The translations under genes and the position numbers were made by a program. Shown here piece after piece: positions 12,641 through 23,839 of a stretch of 64,000 nt of DNA. The stretch covers positions 16,866,001 through 16,930,000 of the forward strand of contig OZ076409.1 of the NCBI GenBank assembly GCA_964187785.1. The letters are read 5' to 3'. The stretch comes from Amphiscolops sp. MND2022 (lineage: Eukaryota). The notes beneath the pieces are model-generated. The model was not told the DNA's origin, ran no database searches, and saw only the letters and a program-made list of their open reading frames with translations. Positions within the stretch are counted from its first letter, which is position 1. Each line of letters starts with the position of its first letter.

Positions 12641-15509
12641 CCATCTGACCTAATTGCCGCTGTCATGACCTGTCAATCTCTGAAAAGTTCATCTAAACAA
12701 CAAAAACCAATGAGTCTAATTGTAGCCCATGATATCCAACTTTTGTTTCTCTGCGAAACCTGTCTACATAATGATATAAAAACCTCTGAAGTCAAACAAG
12801 GTTCCTGCTTTAAAGAGATTGACCGTACTGATCGCAACAAAGGGGAACATAGTGGACTACTTATCGTTGCCAACACATATTATCCAGCATATTTTACTGA
12901 TTTCTCGATTTTGAAATTCTCCAAATTTAGCATTGGCTGTTTAGTGACCTGTCGCAGTTCTTGTTTTATGTATGTATTATTCTACAACTCTCCATCAAGT
13001 TCACCATACAGAGAACCCTACTCATTAATAGTGGAATGTCTCCAGGCATACATAACCGAATTCCTAACTCACTGCTCGATAAATGGCATACAATACTTCT
13101 CTGACAACGTGCACTTTGTCGGTGATTTCAATTTTCCCGGAATTAACTGCAAAACCCTGAAGGGATCAACATCGCATGAATAGGATTTCATTGTTTTTCT
13201 GTTAGATCTGCATCTAACGCAACTAGTTACGGAAAGGACTCATGTAAATAGCAACACCCTTGATCTTGTCATTACAAATTGCTCTGAAACCTATTATTCT
13301 GTCCATTCTGGGAAATTTTCCGATCATTTTCCAGTATTTGTTTACACACGGATAAACTCCCTCGAAATGCTACAGTCTATTCCAACTGGCAAACAATACA
13401 GTCAGTCCTCTTTAAATCTGACAATATTCAACGAGAATCTCAACCCACTTTCGAAATTTCTTTCCAACTGTTTCGCTTTTCCGCTCAATTTTGTCGAAAT
13501 ATGGTACCATTGTTTCCATGAAGTCATGGAAAAATCGCTCTTCAAAAAACCTGAAAAGCGCCAATTATATCCTTATTACTTCTCATCTCATACTATCCAC
13601 CTACCAAATTGCAAAAAACACTTTACAAAAAAACTTGGATAAAAATTTGAACGCCTCTTATGCAGCTTCTCTCAATATCTGTGAACAAAATCTATCTTTC
13701 TCCATTGAATTAGACTAAGCCTCTTCAGTTGAAAACCTACATTTGAAAGATTCTAATCATTGTTTCAAGTTATTACGGTCTCCTAATTCAAAAAAGGGCT
13801 TACCAAATGCTCTCAAAAGTGGTGATAATACATCAGCTGACGATTTTTCAAAATGCGAACTGCTAAATAAGTATTTTGACTCCGTCTACAAACCAGCTAC
13901 TATGATAAACCTTGATGACATGGTATGGCCCGAAAACATTGAAGTTTCGTTTTAAAATTAGAAACTGCCGTATCCCTCTCAACACTTGCTGACGACTCAA
14001 CTGCTTGCGCTTCCGATGGCATTCCTCGTTTTGTGCTCAAACATACTGGCTAGCTTATTGAACCTGCAGTACATTATCTGTTTCTCTCAATTAATTATTC
14101 AATCTTGTAGCTGGCCTTCCGAATGGAAATTGGCTTACATAACCCCTTGGCATACGTCTGGATCTATTTTTTGTGTTACTAACTACCGGCCAATCAGCAT
14201 TTTATCACGCGTTTCACTTATTCTAGTGAAATTTCTTTTCGATCATATTTATCCTCGTGTCAGAGCTAAAATCGTTAAATCACAATTCGATTTTATGACT
14301 AAGCGAAATACAGTATCCCAACTGATTCACTATCTCGATGCCCAGTATGATTGTTTGGATCCAAGCATCCCCTTTTCTTGTGTTTACTTCGATTTTGCGA
14401 AAGCTTTCGACACTGTGCCTCATGATATTCTCATCAAAAAGCTCCCATCTTTCGGTTTTGACCAAAATATCACAATGTTACTTGCCTCATATCTCTCAGA
14501 CCGCTCACAATGTGTTCACTCTGATGACATTTGCTCAGACCTTCTGCCCATAACTTCGGGAGTACCACAAGGCAGTACCCTGGGTCCCCTGTTGTTCCTC
14601 CTTTTTATAAACGACTTACCCTCTGTTATTCAATACACATATGATTTTCTCTTTGCAGATGATATCAAACTGATTGCAATGCTACCCAACATTGAAACCC
14701 AAATGGATATCAACAGTCTCCTACAATGGGCTGATGATAATGGAATGGAGTTCAATACTCTAAAGTTGAAGCTTTTTCCTTGCTCAAATTCAACGCAACC
14801 TTCGGCGTTACGCCTTGGAGAATACCGATTCATTTCCGTAGATCAAATATTGGAGTTAGGTGTCCTGATATCGAAAGATTTAAAATGGAAAAATCGCATC
14901 TCAAAAGCAATCAAAAAAGGATCAAAGTGTTTCAATTAATCAGACGTATATTACCGTTTAGTCTCTCAACTGGAAAAAAGTTAATGTTGTATAAACTTTA
15001 GTTGTGAGTATTTTTTTATATGCTCCACCTTGATGGGCCCCTTGTTGTTTTAGCATACAGTGTTTGGAAAATTTCCAGAAAAAATGCTCCGATGGATCTG
15101 TCCTGGCCTGGAATATGAATGTACCTTGGAAAGATTGGATCTCCTTCCAATTTGTTATCAACTTGTTCGCGCCGATGTCATTCTTCTCTGGAAAATAGTG
15201 AACAAACGAGTCGATTTCCATATTGCGATGCCTCTAAAGCAAAACTGCAATCGATCCAAAAATTCACGACTTGATCTTTTTGAAATCAGCTACTCCTCAA
15301 AGTGGAAGTTCATAGAAAAATTTTGTATTCGTGCTCCTTGGACAAGCAATGTGTTACTTGCAGATAAAATCATTGACTTCGATTGGCCGTTGGAAAAATC
15401 CAAACATGCACTTTCTGAATATTTGAAAAATCTGACTAGAACACAGTTTAACTACAATAACATGTGTACCTTTCATGTGAAATGTAGATGTTCTGTGTGT
15501 CGTTCCTGA
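12641..15509 (+). pseudogene. LINE ORF2 (APE + RT), disrupted
   Basis: ORF pieces 12665-13183, 13986-14939 and 15060-15509 with canonical APE and RT motifs. Confidence 0.9.
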
Positions 15510-15629
15510 TATCGTATTTCTTTCTAAATATATATCTTTCAAACATGTAAATGCAGCATTCATAGGTATTGTTGTTTACGCTTCCTGTCTTCAGTGAATT
15601 GAGTCTTCTACTATTGCTACTATCCGCAT

Positions 15630-16585
15630 TTAAATAGATGACACTGTATCGCCGCAGTTTAGTTGTGAACATGGCCTACCGCAAGGAAGTATTCTATCCC
15701 CATTACTCCTCATCATTTTTATAATCGACGTAGTTTGCGACCCTACACTTACCCACTACAAATATGCCGATGACACTACACTCTTAGTCGAGTCAAACAG
15801 AGCATCTGATTCGCTTCTGAAAGCGTCTGAAGCCATTGAACAGGTCACGAATTGGTGTTTTCGAAATAGTATCATGATCAACGTCTCGAAAACTGTTTTT
15901 TCCCATCAACTTCTCCAAAGAGGAACTGGAACAAGCTCAAAATTTCACCCACAAAAGCACCAAGGTAGTGAAAGAAAGATTGACTGTCACGGGAATAGAA
16001 ATTGGCGCTGTCAACGAAACCATCATGACCGCAACGAGAAAAAGCTGGGCTGAATGGGCCAAACTTCAGAAGTTTTGTCAGATAACGAACGGTTTGACTT
16101 GCAAAACAATCATTAAACTATACAGATGTGTTATTCAACCAAAAGTCTTTTACGGCCTTCCGGCCTGGAATATGAAATTCTCAGTAAATTTAGCGAATTA
16201 CAAAACACTGTTCTTCGTACTACCACCGGAGGCTACAATAAACCGGCTGTCAGGAATCTGGAACTGATGGCAGGCGGCAAACCTGTAGACATCCAAATTC
16301 AATTCAAACACTGACAATCAAATTCTTATCGAAAGTTTTCAGCGCAAATGACTACATGAAAAAATACATTCTTGAAAATGCTGACACAAACCAGAAAATT
16401 AGATGCGACCTAAAGATCCTTAAATGTTTCTTGGCATGGAAATTCAACTCAAGAACAAACAGAAACATTGACATAAAAGAATTGACAGCCTACGCCCTTA
16501 CATACAGCCAAGCTGAAATCGAAAATTATGAATTAGGACTTTGGCAGAGACATTGGACCCATCAATGTGAGACCCCGCCACTTCC
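15630..16585 (+). mobile_element. APE-RT LINE, 3' part (continuation of 7986-9645)
   Basis: Resumes DDTVSPQFSCEHGLPQGSILSPLL..YKYADDTTL where the upstream part stops (..RDYLSSRAF); later LYRCVIQPKVFYG..W. Confidence 0.85.
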
Positions 16586-16589
16586 ACTC

Positions 16590-17290
16590 GGGGAAACGGA
16601 AATCGGACTAAAGAAATTGAACTAATGGAATTAGGACTAACATGCTCAAAATTTCTGAAACGTTTATGTGAAAAAGAACTAATTTCGTATCTTCTCAAAC
16701 AGGAATTAGAACTAATTTGTTACGGGAATTGGAACTAAAAACAGGAATTAGAACTAGTTTGTTACGGGAATTGGAACTTGAAAAAGTGGGAATAAGACCT
16801 AAAATGCGGAATGAGACCCAAGGGGAGAACGGAATAGTTTCTAAAGGAATAATATCGAAAGTTTTTCAAAGTATGAAACGTGCCTTTGATATTTCCCCGC
16901 TTCCTCTAGTGCCTCGGGGCCGCTTATGTTCTCATCTTGCTAAGCGAGGTCCAACAGGAGCAAAGACCTAGCGGGAACGGAGATCGCGAAGCGATCGTGA
17001 TGGGAGCTGGTCTTTGCGACGGGGAGGGCGAGCGTGCATACACCGAATATGCCCCGAATTTAGAAGGGGACAGTTCTGAAAATTTCGTGAGACAATAATG
17101 AAGGACAAAATTTTATTCTTGAATGAATTGACTTGATATCTGACGCTTTTATAAAATCAATGGAAGGAAAAAAAATAATGATTGTATTAATTTTATGTTG
17201 AACAATTGTATCACGTTACTTTTGTACTACTTTCATTGAGGTATAAGTGTCATTTCCTACTTTCATGTTCCACGTTTCCAATTTGAAAAT
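16590..17290. mobile_element. non-autonomous MITE-like element with GGAATT-type subterminal repeats and a structured core
   Basis: GGAATTAG(G/A)ACT-like units at 16590-16850; core ~16870-17095 homologous in inverted orientation to ~24815-25050; right end unclear. Confidence 0.55.
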
Positions 17291-17359
17291 TGTACAATGT
17301 TTTTATCCGCTTCTGCGTTTTTTTGTTGTACCACTTTTATGTTGGATGTTTACAATCTC

Positions 17360-19356
17360 AATGCAGCAAAATCGATGGTTGCTCCAATCAAGACAGTCTC
17401 AATGCCACGTTTAGAATTGTGCGTAGCACAATTGGGCGCGAAGTTGACTGATAAGATACTCAAGGCATTCATATCAGTCAATCTGAAGAATCTGGAGACA
17501 TTCGCATGGACAAATAGCACGATCACGTTTGCTTGGATACGGGCTTTGCCTTCAAATGGAACACATTTGTGGCAAACCGAGTGGCCGACATACAAAATTT
17601 CATCCCACCATCTCGCTGGTTCCACGTTCCTACGAAGTCAAACCCAGCAGACATTGCATCACGGGGTACACATGCACCTCAGATAATCAACAACCAATTC
17701 TGGTGGAATGGCCCTCAATTTTTGACGATTCCCAATCAATGGCCCGACAAGCCGATCATTGGAGAAGTTGCAATTGAGAAAAGGAAAATCAAACCAAGCG
17801 TGTATAGCGTCGTGTTACCTACACCACAACTAGATCATGAACGGTTCTCACAATATAAATGACTGAGAAAAACGCAAGGTTATGTTTTGAGATTCATTCG
17901 ACAATTGCGTTCGAAGAGTCCGCAACAACTTTGTCTCACATTGACTGAACTGAAGTCAGCTCAACAACAAATAGTCAAAGATCATCAAGCTCAATACTTT
18001 CAAGAGAAATTCAACTACTTCGTGAAGAAAAGCAGCTTCCACGGAAACACAAATTCATTGGACTGAACCCCTTTATTGATGAAACCGACGGTCTTATGAT
18101 CTTATGAAAGTCGGTGGCCGCTTGTATCAATCTGACATGGATGACAATGTCAAACACCCAGTTCTACTCGAAGCTGATTCTCATCTCGTGAAGATTTTGG
18201 TTCGTCATGATCATCAACAATGTCTTCATGCTGGTCCACAATCGACATTGTACAACCTTCGTCAACATTTTTGGTTCGTGAATGCCCGAAATGTTGTTCG
18301 TCGAATAATTCAAGCGTGTACTACATGTGCTCGGTTCGAACATACATCATTTCAAACCCCCATTCAGGACCTTTGCCTGAAGAAAGAATCACTCCTAGTA
18401 AGTCATTTACAAAATGTGGCATTGACTTCGCCGGACCATTTCATGTCAAGTTGAAAGGAACTTTGAAATCAACAGAGAAAGTGTACATCTCATTGTTTGT
18501 TTGCTTCGCTACAAAGGCCATTCACCTGGAAATTGTTTCTAATTTGACTACCGAAGCATGCATTGCCGCATTGAAACTATTTGTAGCAAGGCGGGGAGTA
18601 CCGGCTGCAATATATAGCGATAATGGTACAAATTTTATTGGTGCACGAAATGAACTTATACAACTTAAATTGATCCTAGCGAAAAGGAGAAATTCTGGTT
18701 CACAATTTGCTACAAATCCTGGAACACAGTGGACGATGATCCCTCCCCGAGCCCCACACTTCGGAGGATTATGGGAAGCAGGTGTGAAGGCTGTCAAACT
18801 GCATCTCAAAAAGATCATGGGCAATACAATTCTTTCGTATGAAGAGTTCCTAACACTATTTATACAAATTGAAGGGATATTGAATTCACGTCCACTATCC
18901 CCGATGAGCTCTGAACCTAACGACTTGGAACCCCTAACGCCAGGGCACTTTCTCATGGGGACTTGCCCAAATATTCTGCCAGAAGACCCAAGACAATTAA
19001 ACATCTCGAGTGAAAGACGATACCACCTTGTCAAGAAGATGAGACAACAGTTTTGGAATCGCTGGTCTCGAGAATATCTGAATCAACTTCAAAATGTGTC
19101 TAAGTGGAAACATATTGGTCGGCAACCCAAGGTTCATGAGTTGGTCTTGATTGCCGAAGACAATACAACACCTCTCCAGTGGCCTATCGCAAGGATACTT
19201 GAACTTTATCAGGGGAATGATGAAAGTGCCATAGTTGCAAAAATCAAGACGAAAAGTGCTACACTAATCCGGCCTGTGACAAAACTCAGACCCTTTCCCT
19301 CAGAAATCTCGCGTGACCAAGTGGAAGTCTCTCATGATCATGCTGGATCTAGTTAA
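17360..19356 (+). mobile_element. BEL/Pao LTR retrotransposon pol fragment (RNase H, integrase), decayed
   Basis: [69 protein letters not shown]. Confidence 0.92.
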
Positions 19357-19511
19357 TGAAGTTACAATGTTCATTGTTGTTATTCACTTACCCTACCCAT
19401 TTTCAATCCACTTAGGATAACATTATCTTGTTCTCTTACTTTGTTACAACGTTTACCCATTCTCAATCCACCTACAAAACACAATCATTAAATTCATTTG
19501 AGGAGACTCAC

Positions 19512-20460
19512 CTATTTATACTTTGTTATGAAGTCCACATGAGAATTCACCCATCTCAGCCCTATTTGATGGGATCCCCATACGTCTTTCTGAAGTCATG
19601 CAAGACCCAGCATCCTTTCCAGTTTGCCGTCTTCTGCCACCCAATGAATGAGGATGTCGACCCCCAACAATGATGCCAGAGCATGGATAACAATCCCACA
19701 CACATTTTGATCACGATCAGTTTCTGCAGAACGATGCCCGACACACTCTTCAAAACTGTCTTGCTAAATCGCTCTCAAGGCTGACTGGATTGACTTGTTC
19801 TGCATGTGTGTAAAAACAGCACTTCTCAGTTTCCCGTGATGCCTGTCATCAGCACCGATTTCATGCAACACAGAGAGGAAAACACAGTTTCCGTTTGCTG
19901 GTATTGCCTCAACACTGGCCGGCGAACGAAAGGGCAAAGCGAATTCCACTGTTGGGACACCAATGTACCGGAAATCAAACTTCGAACACACCTCTCTTCC
20001 AGCATCAACGTCAAGCGGCCTAAACTTCGAGATGGTAGCCCGAAACCAGACAGTTTCGGTTGACATGTGACATTGGAAACACCGTTTGCGGCAGAGTCTC
20101 TCCAGCTTCGTTCTTAATCCAATACAATGCCAATTCTGTCTCAACCTCTGCTCCAACTTTCTCATACCATAGTTGTGATTGAGTCCACCAAATCATCCGT
20201 GAACCTTTTCTACCTCCTCCTCCTCGAGATCAGCTTCACGGAGTACAGGTAGCCCACCACGCCTCAAAAGATCACCGTCTAGAGTGTACAACTTGGCTTC
20301 CTGTCGCAAATTTGATTTCGTCGAATGATGACCCGACATCCCTTCTGGGCACGGCAAGCCGCGTTTTCGATCAACAAGCTCCTCATAATGTTGCTGATCC
20401 ATTGCAATATGTAATTCATCAATCCTTGAATCTAGTTCAACGCGGGGAGAATGTTGAATA
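19512..20460 (-). pseudogene. Ginger/GIN-like integrase zinc-binding (H2C2) region fused to an OTU-like cysteine protease, with in-frame stops
   Basis: KSNLRQEAKLYTLDGDLL..VH..HNYG..NWHCIGL..CFQC, then FRPL..VC, IPANGNCVF..H.KLR..M, IHALASLLGVDILI and IGLRWVNSHVDFI; polypyrimidine-AG acceptor near 20462. Confidence 0.7.
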
Positions 20461-20729
20461 TCTAAAGGAAAAGAACATGCAAACATGTAGACATGCCAGA
20501 AAATGAGTCTAACTTGATTTGAGCAACTGTAATGTCATTTGAAAAATGCTACTTTGTTCATGCTTCCATGCTGTTCATTCATTAGTTTTTGCTCATTCCC
20601 GCTCTAAATCAGTTCTACTTCTCGTTAACTCTCTTTCTCAATCAGAAAACAATTTTGATAGAAACAACAGTTTTTATCGATCAGCTAGTTTAGCACATAT
20701 ATAGAACAACAGTCTCTGTTATTGAGTTA

Positions 20730-21110
20730 TTCTAGCACCGTACAGCAGCCATATTGACCAAACGTCTTCATTTGGCGCAGTTGAAGCTGTGGCATTGTCT
20801 AACGCGTTTGCTATGCTACGAAGTCGAGTACTTCTTGACGCTTCTCTTTTCAGAAGAAATGTTGATTGTTCCTCAAAAACTCTGGCGTAAGTTGAGCTTG
20901 AGTTAAACGAGATGAACTGCCCTCGGTAGTAGTTTGCCAAACTCAAAAATGTTTGCTGCTCCTCTTTGTTCCTGTTTACCAAGTGTTCCAGAGTCTGGCA
21001 CGCAGACTCATGGTGAAACTACTTGTCCCAGAATGTTGGTCTCAGTGCACTGGAAGTCGCAATTCTGATAATAAATCAAACCCGCCTCTCTAAAAGTTCG
21101 AAGACCCCCC
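20730..21110 (-). mobile_element. Gypsy-type RT thumb/RNase H linker fragment
   Basis: EAGL....C.F...ETNILGQVVS....PD followed by NKEEQQTFLSLANYYR.FI; heavily decayed. Confidence 0.65.
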
Positions 21111-21217
21111 GAATCCCCCATGTGATCTTCGATTGTTCAGTTGCTATGATTTTCGTCGATGGAAGTCATAATCACATTCGCATTCGTTTGTTACTTATCT
21201 TGAGGTGCTCTTGTTAT

Positions 21218-23369
21218 CAGGGCTGACCAATTATCAATTACAATTAAATTGGTTTTCAAAATCTAAAAAAATGATTGTAATTGTAATTGGGCGAAAAAAC
21301 AATAATTGGGTAACGTCAGTTTGAATAATTGGGAAGTCAAATTTCATCAATTATTCATCACTTTATGTACACTTTCGTGGTTCCAAAAACGATGATTAGG
21401 CTTCAAAAAAAGTTGTTCCTCGAGGTGAGCAGGTGTAAGTGATTGCCGATAAACAGTGTAGCTCAGTCCAGCTGTGCTGAATATCGTTCAACGATATTTG
21501 ACGTCCCGAGCAAAAATTTTGTGTTTACATACTTGCTTTTGCAGTCTATTTTGGCACGTTTCCTCAGAATCTGGAATGCAAAATCATCTGGGACCACATT
21601 TTCGTTGCTGCTGACTTCAACTGTTTCTATTTCGAGGCCCTGTACAGTTAGTTTTTCTGAACCAATCATTTTGTCTTCATTTGAATCTTAAATTTTGACA
21701 CATTTTACTACCGAGGAATCACTATGAAGGTGATTGCGATACTCGTCAAGCTCGGGAATCTGCTTTAGAAGCACGTCGAACAGTGCCCTGATACTTCCCA
21801 TATCGATTTCTTCGTCCTGTAGGGCTTTGGTCACAGATTCGAACATCTTGATCCGTTTGTTTGTCGACCTGAGTGGCCAGGCACTTGTTCGTTTCAGTTT
21901 TGTCCTCAATCAGTGCGACAACGTTCTCCAGACTTCTGTTGTATAATGAATTCAGATTTGAATATTTCCTTGTTAGTTGGCCTTTCACAAATGAAAATGG
22001 TCTGAGGTCGGACACAACCCAATCGAGCCAACAGTACATGTCGTTGGAGTTTGCACAGAACGATGTCAGAGTCTGTTGATTGGCTGCACGTCCATCTTCT
22101 TTGGTTTTCCTTGGTGCAACCTTTAAATTGGTTTTCAAAATCTAAAAAAAAGATTGTAATTGTAATTGGGCGAAAAAACAATAATTGGGTAACGTCAGTT
22201 TGAATAATTGGGAAGTCAAATTTCATCAATTAGTCATCACTTTATGTACACTTTCGTGGTTCCAAAAACGATGATTAGGCTTCAAAAAAGTTGTTCCTCG
22301 AGGTGAGCAGGTGTAAGTGATTGCCGATAAACAGTGTAGCTCAGTCCAGCTGTGCTGAAGAATCGTTCAACGATATTTGACGTCCCGAGCAAAAATTTTG
22401 TGTTTACATACTTGCTTTTGCAGTCTATTTTGGCACGTTTCCTCAGAATCTGGAATGCAAAATCATCTGGGACCACATTTTCGTTGCTGCTGACTTCAAC
22501 TGTTTCTATTTCGAGGCCCTGTACAGTTAGTTTTTCTGAACCAATCATTTTGTCTTCAGTTGAATCTTGAATTTTGACACATTTTACTACCGAGGAATCA
22601 CTATGAAGGTGATTGCGATACTCGTCAAGCTCGGGAATCTGCTTTAGAAGCACGTCGAACAGTGCCCTGATACTTCCCATATCGATTTCTTCGTCCTGTA
22701 GGGCTTTGGTCACAGGTTCGAACATCTTGATCCGTTTGTTTGTCGACCTGAGTGGCCAGGCACTTGTTCGTTTCAGTTTTGTCCTCAATCAGTGCGACAA
22801 CGTTCTCCAGACTTCTGTTGTATAATGAATTCAGATTTGAATATTTCCTTGTTAGTTGGCCTTTCACAAATGAAAATGGTCTGAGGTCGGACACAACCCA
22901 ATCGAGCCAACAGTACATGTCGTTGGAGTTTGCACAGAACGATGTCAGAGTCTGTTGTTTGGCTGCACGTGCATCTTCTTTTTCATGAATTTTAGTATGC
23001 TGATCCAAATTCAACCATCCTGTGCCCTTTTCTTTTTACATTCGGCGCCACATTTCTTACACTTCCAGATGTTGCTATTATTGCCGGACTGTGTGAACAG
23101 TTGCAGACACTTTACCTTGAGGTCGGTTTTCTTTTTCAAAGCATTCATCATTGCAATCCTGAAAACTTTTTTTCCGTTATAATATCCACTGAAAACTACC
23201 TTGCACTCTATCGTGCATGCCGAAAAACTGCAATCGAAAGTTTCCAAATTTTTTCAATTAATTGACTCTTCAGAATAAAAAATCGGATAATTGGAATCGA
23301 AAAAATAATTGAAATTGGTAATCAACTAGTCAATTAATTGAAATCGGCAATTATCATTGGTCAGCCCTG
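21218..23369 (-). mobile_element. internally deleted hAT DNA transposon
   Basis: 14-bp TIR CAGGGCTGACCAAT, perfect 8-bp TSD CTTGTTAT (21210-21217, 23370-23377), BED-like WKCKKC, WLDWVV..RPFSFV, C-terminal TSNIVERFFS..RQSL..LEEQLF; catalytic core missing. Confidence 0.93.
21244..22980. repeat. 879-bp-period tandem duplication inside the hAT element
   Basis: TTAAATTGGTTTTCAAAATC at 21244 and 22123; near-identical ORF pairs; ~20 bp unrelated filler at the junction. Confidence 0.93.
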
Positions 23370-23464
23370 CTTGTTATTGACCGTTGGTATTTGGCCGATG
23401 CACTGCAGCACCGAACGAATAGCCCATTTCCCACTCAAATACAGTCACTTTTTCCAAAAAGAGA

Positions 23465-23610
23465 TGAATGCTCTGTCGTTCGCACGATGATCACCTAGAT
23501 AGCAGCTTTTTGAAGCAACGGATCTCACTGGCTCTTCAGGTCGGCAATGCGGCCTGTGTTCTAGGAACTGTCAGCGACATAGATGCGTTCGAAAAAGCCT
23601 ATTACATAAA
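23465..23610 (+). mobile_element. 3' remnant of a CRE-type RLE non-LTR retrotransposon
   Basis: Translates SFLKQRISLALQVGNAACVLGT, matching the CRE-type C-terminal QRIS.A.Q.GNAA motif. Confidence 0.7.
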
Positions 23611-23839
23611 GTTTATTTTTTAAAAGCCGGGAAAGAATAAATTCCAAAAGAACATCTATCAATAGAGAAAGAAACAGACAATTTATATGAAATGTGCTTT
23701 GAGAAAATCCAGACGTCGAAGGATGAAATGGCACTAGGGTCAAAGTCAGAGCAATTATTTAGAAAATTGCCTATGGCAGAAGTGATCCACAATCAATGCT
23801 TTAGCATCTGTTATGTAAGAAAACTTGTCTAAAATAAAG

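Larger units (their letters stand above)
9650..15620 (+). mobile_element. CR1/L2-group LINE with PHD-finger ORF1, nested in the RT of another LINE
   Basis: PHD ORF1, then ORF2 with APE (LCET, GDFNFP, TLDL, SDHFPV), RT (NYRPISIL, DFAKAFDTVPH, GVPQGSTLGPLLF, FADD) and C-terminal CTFHVKCRCSVC. Confidence 0.9.

Noticed and set aside
16590..16850. Short spaced repeats resembling a CRISPR array
   Set aside because: Units are short, irregular and degenerate with no unique spacers; eukaryotic context and no cas genes
19512..21110. Gypsy RT fragment and H2C2-OTU as one continuous pol gene
   Set aside because: Separated by ~270 bp of AT-rich non-coding sequence ending in a splice acceptor, RNase H absent, and the H2C2 N-terminus looks Ginger-like
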